A stretch of 36,975 nt of DNA from a virus (IMGVR_UViG_3300027282_000090:1-36975), one strand, 5' to 3'; positions 1 through 8,896 are shown, counted from the first letter of the stretch. The notes: generated by a model not told the origin, from the sequence alone. A program made the numbers and translations.

Positions 1-1227
1 ATGGCAACAATTTTAAAGAAGCAGAAAAATAATAAAACATCATACCAGGCAATCATCCGGAAAGGAAGATACCGCAATAAACCAATTACTCGCACCTTTG
101 CTCTGAAGAAAGATGCTGAAGTATGGGCCAGAGAGCAGGAGCACTTGATCGACATGAAACGTCATCAGGATCCGCGACTCGCTGAAATGGTAACTCTTGA
201 GCAGGCACTGAACAAATACTTCAGAACCATAGAGTCTCCTGGGCCAAATTTCAATGAGCCAACGACTGTTGAACGTAAGCGAACTTGCGCGATCATATTA
301 AAAAGATATCTCGGCAGGGATATTTCGCTTGCCGAAATCACACCGAGAGTGATGTCGGAGTTTCGAGACCGCCGATTGAGGGATGATAAACGATCGGGGT
401 CCACAGTCCGCCAGGAGCTCTCATTGATTTCACATCTTTTCACCATTGCAATGCAGGAATGGGAATTGCCGGTATCAAATCCGATAGAGCGTCTGGCACG
501 GCCGAGACCTGCGGCAGGACGTATCCTCGCTCTCACTGACCTGCAGGCTCGGGTCATTATTACGGAAAGCAGGAAAGCCAGGAATGCTCTTTTCCCGGCC
601 TACCTCCTTGTACTCATGCATACCGGCATGAGAGCAAGCGAGGCGGCAGGTTTGCGGAAGAGAGATGTGAATCTGAACAATCAGACGATCATTATCAAGA
701 AGACGAAATCCAAAACACCAAGGACCGTATCGCTTACGGATGCCGCCACAGCCGCTTTAAGGAACATTGATACAGATAACTTTTTCTTTCTGAAGGATAA
801 GGACTTAAGCAGGTCCAATATAATGAATCGGCCGGCCCAGATCTTTCGCGAGAGTTGGGAGGCGACCAAACGCAGGGCTATAGCTGTCAATCCTTCCATT
901 CCTGCAGACCTTACTCTTCATGATATTCGCCATTCTGCCGCCACTTACCTGATTGAACAAGAAGTCCCTCTACGCACGGTGGCAGATATCCTCGGACATA
1001 AGACTATCCAGATGACAATGCGTTATACCCACCCCTCAATGGAGCACAAGGCGGAGATGATGCAGCGTATCGAGGGGTACGGTGTTGATATTCAAAAAGA
1101 AGTATCGGAGGAAAGAAAGGCGTTGCGGGAGCTCTTGGCGGAAGCGATCAAGATTATCGGCAGCAATGGACTGGATGAGGAATTGAATAAGGTTATCAGA
1201 GAAATATCGACCTATTCGACCGTGTGA
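1..1227 (+). CDS. int: Tyrosine recombinase / phage integrase
   Basis: Catalytic motifs HTGMRASE (R), KTK (K), HDIRH (HxxR), LGH and MTMRY (Y); N-terminal arm-binding-like YQAIIRK...TF..KKDAE.WA. Confidence 0.95.
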   Translation: MATILKKQKNNKTSYQAIIRKGRYRNKPITRTFALKKDAEVWAREQEHLIDMKRHQDPRLAEMVTLEQALNKYFRTIESPGPNFNEPTTVERKRTCAIILKRYLGRDISLAEITPRVMSEFRDRRLRDDKRSGSTVRQELSLISHLFTIAMQEWELPVSNPIERLARPRPAAGRILALTDLQARVIITESRKARNALFPAYLLVLMHTGMRASEAAGLRKRDVNLNNQTIIIKKTKSKTPRTVSLTDAATAALRNIDTDNFFFLKDKDLSRSNIMNRPAQIFRESWEATKRRAIAVNPSIPADLTLHDIRHSAATYLIEQEVPLRTVADILGHKTIQMTMRYTHPSMEHKAEMMQRIEGYGVDIQKEVSEERKALRELLAEAIKIIGSNGLDEELNKVIREISTYSTV

Positions 1228-1235
1228 GTCTTTAG

Positions 1236-1273
1236 AAAAAAATTTAAGGGTGAGATCTTGATTTCACCCTTAA
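1236..1273 (-). terminator. Intrinsic terminator between the convergent integrase and endolysin genes
   Basis: Inverted repeat TTAAGGGTGAGAT (1244-1256) / ATTTCACCCTTAA (1261-1273) with a 4-nt loop; the A-run at 1236-1242 gives a U-tract on the - strand. Confidence 0.7.
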
Positions 1274-1306
1274 TAACACGCGCGCAGGATCAGGCAGAAT
1301 GTCGTT

Positions 1307-1792
1307 TTATGCGATCAATGAATTCCCTCCAGGCTGTCCGCCTGCAGCTGTGAACGTGGCAATGAGATTGTTGATAGGGTGCTCACGCTGCCCATAGCCC
1401 GCTCCAGGGAGCGATGCCCATATTTTTCTTATTTTCTGAATCGCCTCTATTATTCTTCCTGCTTTCACATCTTCTGCAGCGCCTCGCTCCTTAATCAGCC
1501 GAAGGGCGATTGCATCCTGGGATGCCGGCGAAAAATCGGACAGGCGTAGAACCTTCCTGTAATGATCAAAAGTTCGTTTAAGGATCTGATATCTGCCGGC
1601 AGCGGTGGATGAGAGCTTGTCGTTGATCCGGATCAGTTGGCGAGGGTGATCAGAATAGTCATGGAATAACTTTACCCGGCCGGGGAGTGACCCGACTAGG
1701 ACATTATAGCCGTTGTCCGACTCATCGATAAGTTGCCGGCCAAGTTCAGACCAGGCAAGCATGTCGAGAAAGGCTTGTTCGTTTCTTGTCAT
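1307..1792 (-). CDS. R: Lambda R-type endolysin (lytic transglycosylase)
   Basis: AFLDMLAWSE (catalytic Glu), F.DYSDHP, STAAGRYQ, DFSPASQD and WASLPGAGYGQREH match lambda gpR; start placed at MTRNEQ (1792), which forms an ATGA overlap with the upstream stop. Confidence 0.93.
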   Translation of the reverse strand: MTRNEQAFLDMLAWSELGRQLIDESDNGYNVLVGSLPGRVKLFHDYSDHPRQLIRINDKLSSTAAGRYQILKRTFDHYRKVLRLSDFSPASQDAIALRLIKERGAAEDVKAGRIIEAIQKIRKIWASLPGAGYGQREHPINNLIATFTAAGGQPGGNSLIA

Positions 1793-2184
1793 TTTTCCAC
1801 TTTCTCCTCGAGTACGGTTACCCACGTTGTCAACTGGGCAACCTGGTCGCCGCACTCCTTGACTCGCTGGGTGTTGGTGTTCAGGGCAGCAGTGACGTGG
1901 CGGAGCTCGGCTGTTATGGCTTCGTTCGCTCGCAGGCAGATATGATCATGGGCTTTGAAAGACACGAGTCTCGGTTCTCCCTCCGGAGTGAAGAATTTTC
2001 CATCTATTTTAGAGAGTTCAGTACGAATATCGACTATCTCCCTTGCTTGAATATTGATTATATCGTCGCTGTTTTTGTTGATTTTGGCAGAGAGACGGCC
2101 ATAGGCAACGCCGACGGCGAAGGCGTTAAGAATTAACGTACCGATAAAACCGGCTATGGTGAGAAACATCGCGTCGATTTGCAT
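1789..2184 (-). CDS. Putative holin (one N-terminal transmembrane segment plus a helical soluble domain)
   Basis: Hydrophobic stretch MFLTIAGFIGTLILNAFAVGVAYG; directly upstream of and overlapping the endolysin start. Confidence 0.5.
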   Translation of the reverse strand: MQIDAMFLTIAGFIGTLILNAFAVGVAYGRLSAKINKNSDDIINIQAREIVDIRTELSKIDGKFFTPEGEPRLVSFKAHDHICLRANEAITAELRHVTAALNTNTQRVKECGDQVAQLTTWVTVLEEKVEK

Positions 2185-2185
2185 G

Positions 2186-2581
2186 TCATGCCTCGTGAAC
2201 TGTTCGTGTAAATTTTTTTGAGCCCTTGCCGGTCATGTACCAGCGGATCGCCAGCATCCGCCACCGGGCTCGCCGCCACCACATCTTTTTTTTGACGCAA
2301 ATCGCATAATACTCCTGGTCGATGATCGGCTGCAGTTCTGCCGGCAGCAGCCCCAGGTTGACGTAGTCACAGAGCACGTCATGGACGCAGGAGGCCTCCA
2401 TCGATGAGCGGGTGTCGATGCATGGCCCGCTGTTGCCGTCCCAGGGATAGCCGCGGCGGATAGTCAGCTTGCCGTCCGGCTGCAGATCGGTGTGATCGTC
2501 GCTGACGGTAAAACCTTTGACCGAGGTCTGGGTCGTGAAGGTTTCGGCCACGACGTATTTATAGCCGTCCCAGTATTTCAT
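2186..2581 (-). CDS. DUF1353-like phage protein
   Basis: G.PWDG.SGP...ASCVHDVLCD motif resembles the DUF1353 pattern (DGAS.P...A.VHD.LY); GGAGG ribosome-binding site upstream. Confidence 0.7.
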   Translation of the reverse strand: MKYWDGYKYVVAETFTTQTSVKGFTVSDDHTDLQPDGKLTIRRGYPWDGNSGPCIDTRSSMEASCVHDVLCDYVNLGLLPAELQPIIDQEYYAICVKKKMWWRRARWRMLAIRWYMTGKGSKKFTRTVHEA

Positions 2582-2582
2582 T

Positions 2583-2690
2583 CTATCGACCTCCAGCCGA
2601 TATCAGTTTTCTCACAGCGACCGGCCGCACTTGGGACAGCGGCAGGCCTCTCCATCCTTGATTTTCACAACCGCAGTCAGGACAAGTCAT
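2583..2690 (-). CDS. Unannotated small ORF (35 aa) starting MTCPDCGC; probably a frameshifted zinc-ribbon mini-protein
   Basis: ATG at 2690 overlaps the upstream stop (ATGA); the +1 frame continues IKDGEACRCPKCGRSL* with a stop at 2612-2614. Confidence 0.45.
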   Translation of the reverse strand: MTCPDCGCENQGWRGLPLSQVRPVAVRKLISAGGR

Positions 2691-3283
2691 GGCTGTGGCA
2701 AAATGTTTTCGGTGTTTGTCACCGGGCCTGTACCGTCGCCCTGGTTGTGAGACTGGTTGAACTGCACATCACCATTGTAGCGGTTATCCGGTTTGCCGAC
2801 GGCAGCTGAGAGAACGTTGTCGGCGGCATTGATTCCCATGCCGATAATCGTTCCGTCTTTAATGTCACTGGACACACTGCGAACAGTTTTCCATACCGGG
2901 TGCTCGCTCGGCTCGGTGGGCAGCTTCTGATCAAAACGAGCCTGCTCGCGATAGGACACTACCGGCAGATATTCGGTGGTAGTGACTGGGGCGATCATCC
3001 CGGGATACTGAACGGTTTTGACCACCGGCTGCCAGCTCATGGTCATGCCGGATTTCTCGTGAGCCTTGCGGATGGCATTGTCCCTGTTGCGAAGGGTATC
3101 GTGGATTTCATGCTCCTTGGCAACCGAGGCATCGGCCGTATATCCAGCGGTATTTTTCACGACCTCACCGGCCTCGTTTACCATGGTATCGGTGAGCGGG
3201 ATCAGCCCGCCTTTACTCCCGCATCCGGACAAAAAGAAAACAGATAACAGACAGGCAAATAACACGAATAACGATCTGATCAT
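2687..3283 (-). CDS. Predicted lipoprotein of unknown function
   Basis: Signal peptide MIRSLFVLFACLLSVFFLSG-C with lipobox LSGC; GAGGT ribosome-binding site just upstream of the ATG at 3283. Confidence 0.75.
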   Translation of the reverse strand: MIRSLFVLFACLLSVFFLSGCGSKGGLIPLTDTMVNEAGEVVKNTAGYTADASVAKEHEIHDTLRNRDNAIRKAHEKSGMTMSWQPVVKTVQYPGMIAPVTTTEYLPVVSYREQARFDQKLPTEPSEHPVWKTVRSVSSDIKDGTIIGMGINAADNVLSAAVGKPDNRYNGDVQFNQSHNQGDGTGPVTNTENILPQP

Positions 3284-3284
3284 T

Positions 3285-3515
3285 TCACACCTCAATCTCA
3301 AAATGTTGCAGGTTTGGGGCTTCACCAATGATCGCCCCGTCTTTGACATAGGCTTTTTTCGGGGCGGCAACGGTGGTCCCCAGGACCCGCATGGCGCCGC
3401 CGCCGGATGTGGTCACCGTGCTTGTACCGTCGGAGTTGACCGAGATCACAGTGACTACGATCATCGGACTGCCGGGCAGCAGGCGCTTGAATCTTGCCCA
3501 TAAATTAGTTGCCAT
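3285..3515 (-). CDS. Small tail-associated protein (76 aa)
   Basis: NLWARFKRLLP followed by short beta-strands; GAGG ribosome-binding site; lies at the end of the tail-tip cluster. Confidence 0.7.
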   Translation of the reverse strand: MATNLWARFKRLLPGSPMIVVTVISVNSDGTSTVTTSGGGAMRVLGTTVAAPKKAYVKDGAIIGEAPNLQHFEIEV

Positions 3516-3532
3516 AGTGGTGCCTCGGATTC

Positions 3533-3948
3533 TTACGCCGGATTCTCAATCGCGTTTATGGTGATCTTGGCCGTTACATAGTTCGCTGTTTCAATCGAAC
3601 CGTCATTGGCTGCAGTCGCCCGGGCAAATATCTGCGCGGTTTGATCAGTGGCTGATACGTCCATATTTGGCAGAACAATAGATTCCGCCCACCCGGCTAA
3701 GCCGTCTTCACTCAATTCCCAAACGATCCCGGCATCTGCGCCGGTGATTGCCACCTCTATATTTGAATAGCTGTCGATGCTGCCGGTATCATCGCTCGCC
3801 CAGATGAAAAGGTCAGTTGCCGGGCTTGCCGTGACTGTCGAAGGGATGCCGGTGCCGTTGAGGGTAAACGATACGGCACCGGATCGGATCCGTCGCCGGA
3901 GGAGTATGCATCCGGAGTCGCGGTGTTGTCTTTTGTCAGTTGGATCAT
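3533..3948 (-). pseudogene. Beta-rich virion-type protein (~138 aa) split by a one-base frameshift near 3877
   Basis: GAGG site plus ATG at 3948 gives MIQLTKDNTATPDAYSSGDGSDPV; protein-like sequence continues in the -1 frame as AVSFTLNGTG...AIENPA*. Confidence 0.65.
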
Positions 3949-3956
3949 TTACGCCT

Positions 3957-5996
3957 CTAATTGCCGTGATATCTCTCGACATCGATTGTTTGTCTTACCT
4001 TCAGGCCATCACGGCCCCTGGGGGATGTAACCGAAACGGCAGTGACAAAGCCCTTCCATGATGATACTCCGAGGTTGTACTCGATGATACTGCCCGGCTG
4101 TATGATCCCAGGGACGGCCGGGGCGGCAAAGACCGGAAGTTCGATCCGGTGTTTCGACCATTTCCCCGATGCGCCGAGTACGGCAATGCCGAGGGATCTC
4201 GCCGCTTCGGTTGCGGTGATCAGCCGATTGGTGATCATCGGGGCGAGCAGATCCCCGGCTGAACCTTCGCGGGTGACGGTGGCCGAGATGCCGCCAGCTT
4301 CGCCGGAAACAAAGCAGGCATTGAAGAACGGCCGTTCATCCCATTCGCCGTCAATTCGTGCCGCCATCGAGGCCGGAATCATCAGATCGGGAACCGCGCT
4401 GCCGAGCTGCCACGGTGCAACCTTGTAGCGGGGCTTGATGGTGATGGTCTGATTGACCATGTCGGTCTGGACGATGGCCCGGCAGGTATCGACAATGGCT
4501 TTAATTACCTGCATCGGGGTTTGGTCCTGGTAGCAGTGGATATTTGCCGGGACCAGCCAGTCATCGAGCCCCTGGAAGGATACGCTCCAGCCGGTATTCT
4601 CCAGTTCGTAGGCCATGAGCTGCTGGGCGGTTCTGGCCTCGGCCTCCGTGTACGTCCTGATTTCCGCCATCGGTGTGCCGAGCTGGGCGGAGATCGAGCG
4701 GCCGTCAATCGACCGTCTCCTGTTGCCGAAGGCCTCGCCCTTTGCCCAGCGGTCGACCTGGAACTTCCAGAGGTGGCCGTTGATCGCCGCCTCGACCAGG
4801 ATCGGCCCTTCTTCGGTCGGCTCCAGGAGGGCAAGGCTGGCGTCGCTGCCGATATTTGCCTTGAGCGTCCAGTAGAGACTATCCCAGTCGGTGCCGATGG
4901 TCATTCCGGTGATATCGATCGGCGTCCTCTCCGGCAGCCGGGTAAGATACGCGGTGTTTAGCATGGTATACACCGAGGCCCAGGGGCCGGTCGGAATAAC
5001 GCCAGGCTTGATGTAAAAATAGGCATCGCGCCAGCCTGAAGGCTCGCGATGGCTGCACCGACGGTCATAGGTGAACTGGTCAAAACGGAACCGAATGTTG
5101 TCACCATCATCGACCAGGGTGATCGGTACATGAATATTGAAATCGAGGCTGTTGCCCGGCTGCGGTTCATAGCGCCGCCAGCAGATCTCCTGATAATATT
5201 CCTTGCCCCAGACGGTTCGGTGCAACTTGTCTTTCGGCGGAGGGTTTCCCCAGGGGATGTCAATAGCTCCAAGATCGAGGATCCTTTTGGCATCATGAAG
5301 TATCGAGATGAAAACTTCTTTTGCAGGCGGCGAAATGCTTTTACTGCCGTGATCCACATCGATTGCATTGAGCAGACTCCAAGATATATTCCTGTCATGA
5401 TCGGCTGCCGTCTTGTCTCGCCATCGCGAGTTGGTGCTTCGGTTGATTTTCTTGGGACAATCATTCCAAGACGCACGCTTTGAATTATCTTTTGCGCCTT
5501 TGTCAATCCAGCTCGCCGAAGTTTTGGCCTCGACAATAAGCCGTTTGATCCAGCCCATTCCGATTGAGGTTGTGAGTTGCCGACAATCCTTCCAGCCTGA
5601 TTTCGCCCGATTGTCGAGAGCAGGGAACTCTCCCCAGGGAACATCGAAATCAGGCTTTGCCGGTTGAACAGTGACGGTGATTGCCGTGCTGGTATCTGTC
5701 GATATTGCCCTGATATTGCTGACTGTAGCTTTGACGTCGAAATCTGCCGTGATCCTGGCATAAGTGGTGATTGTCGCTTTAGTATCAAAGAAGGCTGATA
5801 GCGCATTGCCGATTGCCGCCAGGCTGTCTGCAGACAGCAGTCTCTGATTGCTGACTGCTCCTTGCAGGTCAAAGTGGACGGTGATGGGTGTGCCCGATAT
5901 CGGTTCGCCGAAAACGATGTGTGCGCCATCAGGCGGAACGTAGGCTCCGGACAGGGCCAGAATGATGTTTGAGCCGATCTGCGGATCATAGGCCAT
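3957..5996 (-). CDS. Tail-tip / hub-like protein with a repetitive N-terminal half
   Basis: 679 aa in the tail cluster; C-terminal RTAQQL...GW...DWLVPA...TPMQVI..I pattern typical of siphophage tail-tip proteins; 14-residue Trp periodicity in the N-terminal half. Confidence 0.75.
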   Translation of the reverse strand: MAYDPQIGSNIILALSGAYVPPDGAHIVFGEPISGTPITVHFDLQGAVSNQRLLSADSLAAIGNALSAFFDTKATITTYARITADFDVKATVSNIRAISTDTSTAITVTVQPAKPDFDVPWGEFPALDNRAKSGWKDCRQLTTSIGMGWIKRLIVEAKTSASWIDKGAKDNSKRASWNDCPKKINRSTNSRWRDKTAADHDRNISWSLLNAIDVDHGSKSISPPAKEVFISILHDAKRILDLGAIDIPWGNPPPKDKLHRTVWGKEYYQEICWRRYEPQPGNSLDFNIHVPITLVDDGDNIRFRFDQFTYDRRCSHREPSGWRDAYFYIKPGVIPTGPWASVYTMLNTAYLTRLPERTPIDITGMTIGTDWDSLYWTLKANIGSDASLALLEPTEEGPILVEAAINGHLWKFQVDRWAKGEAFGNRRRSIDGRSISAQLGTPMAEIRTYTEAEARTAQQLMAYELENTGWSVSFQGLDDWLVPANIHCYQDQTPMQVIKAIVDTCRAIVQTDMVNQTITIKPRYKVAPWQLGSAVPDLMIPASMAARIDGEWDERPFFNACFVSGEAGGISATVTREGSAGDLLAPMITNRLITATEAARSLGIAVLGASGKWSKHRIELPVFAAPAVPGIIQPGSIIEYNLGVSSWKGFVTAVSVTSPRGRDGLKVRQTIDVERYHGN

Positions 5997-5997
5997 A

Positions 5998-6306
5998 TCA
6001 TGCCGTTACCTGTGAAATATGATCGGCAACTTCGGAATTATACGCCCCTGTGTCGTCAATAGCCAAGACGAGCAAATCTCTTTCGCCGTATTCTTGTATT
6101 CCGTCTATCTTCCATGATCCGTCTGGCAAAGACCTTGTGATCGCAATAAGATTTAGAGTGTAACGGTGAAAAACTGCTACACGCTGCAATGCAGTAGCGA
6201 CGCCATCTACGCTAACAGACCCGCCAAGGACATGGCGATCCGTGCGGGGGGCAAGACTATATGGAGCTGGTAGTATAAGCAGCTCATCATTGATATTTAT
6301 GCTCAT
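5998..6306 (-). CDS. Small tail-fibre-associated protein (beta-sandwich-like)
   Basis: GSVSVDG...RVAVFHR.T..LIA.TRS.PDGSW...AYNSEVAD.I; ATGA overlap with the upstream gene at 6303-6306. Confidence 0.65.
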   Translation of the reverse strand: MSININDELLILPAPYSLAPRTDRHVLGGSVSVDGVATALQRVAVFHRYTLNLIAITRSLPDGSWKIDGIQEYGERDLLVLAIDDTGAYNSEVADHISQVTA

Positions 6307-7259
6307 TCTCGCCAACCTGTTGTAATTTCAACCGCCCATGATTGGACATACTGAGCACTCCCCTGCATCCCACCAAAAATCAGAAATGTCCTCCCGCCAT
6401 AGGTGACCTCAGATAAGTATGGGAACACCGTGGGGGTATTGCACGGAAACCATAGACCGGGAAGGTATCCCCGCATGGTGTACGCCGCTCCCTCGTTTAC
6501 GTATGGACGGGCAAACATATACCCATAGGTTGCCAGCGTAAATCCTTGGGAAACCCCCCCATGATCAGTGCCAGCACATGGGCCTGTATTTGCGATTTGC
6601 GGCTGAAACGGGCCATACGTGCCTAACGAGTTTCGTGACACCCCGTTGTGGACATTAGTGGTGCTTGTATGGTTGCCAAAATAGAGATTTCTGCTCCAGT
6701 AATAATAAGTAGAAGTCTCGGCCCCCAACATGCAAAAATTAGTATCGTCGCCTCTTATCGGTATTCCATCGCCAAAGAAAAGTGCCTTTATTGAATTGGT
6801 AGTACTGCTTACGCAGTTTGCCGCTGGATTAAAGCTACCCGCTGTTACATTAGGCCATACGGTCAGAATGAAAAACCTGTCGTCGGCTATTAAAACCCAG
6901 GGCCTTGCAGTGGTATTGGCGGCAGTGCTTTCCATTGAATACAGGGTTGTGTTTGAGAATTTATTGACACCAGTAATATGATCGGTCATATCCTCGTATC
7001 CCTGCACAATCGAAGTGGCAAGTGCTGTCGAGTTGACTTGCAGGTATCTCCCCGTCCCAGTCACGGGGTTGTTGCGGAAAACCCCTATACGTGGATTAAC
7101 GGTGCCGTCATCATATGGCATTGTCCATCCAGCAGCTGCTTTACTACCATAGCCATCCACCAGACATGCTTTAAGTAGCTGCACTAAGGTGTACCCTAAA
7201 GCCCCTGCAAGTACCGGAGCATTGCCGTCATCCCATCTGTAAACTATCGGGGCCGCCAT
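6303..7259 (-). CDS. Putative tail fibre / receptor-binding protein
   Basis: N-terminus with the conserved-looking APVL.G...LLKACLVDGYG.K.AAGWT motif; Tyr/Gly/Thr-rich C-terminus; base composition visibly AT-richer than flanking tail genes. Confidence 0.7.
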   Translation of the reverse strand: MAAPIVYRWDDGNAPVLAGALGYTLVQLLKACLVDGYGSKAAAGWTMPYDDGTVNPRIGVFRNNPVTGTGRYLQVNSTALATSIVQGYEDMTDHITGVNKFSNTTLYSMESTAANTTARPWVLIADDRFFILTVWPNVTAGSFNPAANCVSSTTNSIKALFFGDGIPIRGDDTNFCMLGAETSTYYYWSRNLYFGNHTSTTNVHNGVSRNSLGTYGPFQPQIANTGPCAGTDHGGVSQGFTLATYGYMFARPYVNEGAAYTMRGYLPGLWFPCNTPTVFPYLSEVTYGGRTFLIFGGMQGSAQYVQSWAVEITTGWRE

Positions 7260-8887
7260 TATTCCGCATCTCCTCGTATCTGAATGGTAAATTGATCATT
7301 CGGCTCAGTGACCGGTCCCTGCAAGGTGGTTCTCGCAATCCACAAGGGGCCGATCGGGCCATCGGTGTTGAACCGGAGAGCATTATTTGCCGCCCAGCCT
7401 GAACCCCAGCCGCGATAGTCGATGAAGAAATACGGTTGATTGGTTGCCGGATTGATTGGCGCGCAGTCCTGGGTGATATAGCCGCTGCCGATGATCCCGA
7501 GCTTTTCTTCGATGATGTCGAAGGCTGTTTCGTCGGTGAATTTCAGGCACCACCTGCCATTGATCCCGCCTGCGTTGGTGACGATCAGCGGATAGTTGAC
7601 CTCATTGTATGAGGCGTTGGTGGCATCGCCGATAAGGTTGTTCGACCAGACAGAAGTCCAGGTTTTCTGATCGAACAGGCCGTAGGCTCTGGCCTGCAGA
7701 TCCCCGTATAAAAGAGCGGAAGAGACATAGGTGCCTTGCACCGGGTAATTGTTGGTGAGGCCTGACCCGACGATGATCTGGCCGTTGATCTGGACACCGG
7801 AGACAAGAGACATGTCTTCGATCCGGTGCATGGCGATAAGCGGCTGGGTGTATTCGCTCAGATCGAGCGGATCCGCCATGGTGAGTTTTTGCGCGTCTTT
7901 ATCCCAGTTGTAGAGCGTTGACGGCACCCGAACCGGAATCGGCTCGGAGGAATCATATAACTCGACATGGACGATGTTTTCTCTCGGCAGGGTCAGTACC
8001 TGCCCAGCCGACAGGGGATTGGCAAGCTGTGTGGTCTGGGTGTTGTGAATGACAACGACATCGCCGGTTCTGACGATCGGCACCCGGCCGTCACTCGGCA
8101 GCCGAACAGGATCAAGGCCGATCAGATCGGCGTTAAGCGGAATATACGAATAAACCACGCAGGCATAGGTGAGGCTGTCGGCAAAGACCGGCACCGGCTT
8201 GAAGGTCTTGCCGTCTCTTACGTCATCTTCGTGATACCAGGGCTCATCAAAGTATGAGCCGTCATCGGTTACCCATTGCCCGAACTTCAACCAGACGATG
8301 CCTTTTTCATAATCAACCACACCGCCTACCAGTGAGCCGGAGATAGAACCATCAAAGTTGCTGGTGCCGGAAACGGCTGTACCGTCCAGGGCCACGCCGC
8401 TGATCGAGATCGAGCCGGGGCGAAGCGGTGCGCCGGGTGTCCGGAAGGTGGCATCGGTCAGCAACTGTCTGCCGATTCTGGCAGAGAGAGAATGAACGAT
8501 AATGGTATTGCTGCCACCGTCATAAACGGTGAGCGTTGCCACGCCGGTTGAATAATCGATCGTTCCGGCCTCAACACCAAACCCTGTTTTCGGGTCGACA
8601 TTGCGATAGAGCTTGCCGAGGCGGTCAACATACCGGACCCCGCTCCACGAGAAGGAAACCGATCCGGGTAGGATGGTGTAGCCGACATGGTTCTCGAGCA
8701 GGTTGATGACAAAGGGTTTAGCCGGGATGATCTCGTCGGCTGTTTCCGCCCCAGCAGCCGTCAGTGAGTAGGAAAAATTAACCTGCCCGACGAAGGAGTC
8801 CGCCCAGGCAATGATCCGCGTCTCCTTGTCGTAATACTGAATATTTTTGGAGCAAAACCCGAAGGCCGATCCTATTGCTGTGCCCAT
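7259..8887 (-). CDS. Tail/baseplate structural protein, C-terminal part (in frame with 8897..10909)
   Basis: Shares the P..PGS...G.IDY.TG repeat with the upstream ORF; GLDPVRLPSDGRVPI and APINPAT..PYF.....GWGSGW motifs. Confidence 0.75.
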   Translation of the reverse strand: MGTAIGSAFGFCSKNIQYYDKETRIIAWADSFVGQVNFSYSLTAAGAETADEIIPAKPFVINLLENHVGYTILPGSVSFSWSGVRYVDRLGKLYRNVDPKTGFGVEAGTIDYSTGVATLTVYDGGSNTIIVHSLSARIGRQLLTDATFRTPGAPLRPGSISISGVALDGTAVSGTSNFDGSISGSLVGGVVDYEKGIVWLKFGQWVTDDGSYFDEPWYHEDDVRDGKTFKPVPVFADSLTYACVVYSYIPLNADLIGLDPVRLPSDGRVPIVRTGDVVVIHNTQTTQLANPLSAGQVLTLPRENIVHVELYDSSEPIPVRVPSTLYNWDKDAQKLTMADPLDLSEYTQPLIAMHRIEDMSLVSGVQINGQIIVGSGLTNNYPVQGTYVSSALLYGDLQARAYGLFDQKTWTSVWSNNLIGDATNASYNEVNYPLIVTNAGGINGRWCLKFTDETAFDIIEEKLGIIGSGYITQDCAPINPATNQPYFFIDYRGWGSGWAANNALRFNTDGPIGPLWIARTTLQGPVTEPNDQFTIQIRGDAE

Positions 8888-8896
8888 GATTCTCCC

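Noticed and set aside
1-1227. Integrase as a shufflon-type (Rci-like) invertase for tail-fibre switching
   Set aside because: The N-terminus is reminiscent, but no repeated crossover sites or inverted partial tail-fibre cassettes were seen in the window
4958-6001. 347-aa same-strand overlapping ORF, ATGA-coupled to the upstream gene
   Set aside because: Ser/Arg/Pro-rich with no motifs, and it overlaps a convincing tail gene. Most likely an off-frame shadow, though its length means only ribosome profiling could fully exclude it.
5998-7259. Diversity-generating retroelement target in the receptor-binding gene
   Set aside because: No reverse transcriptase and no template/variable repeat pair found
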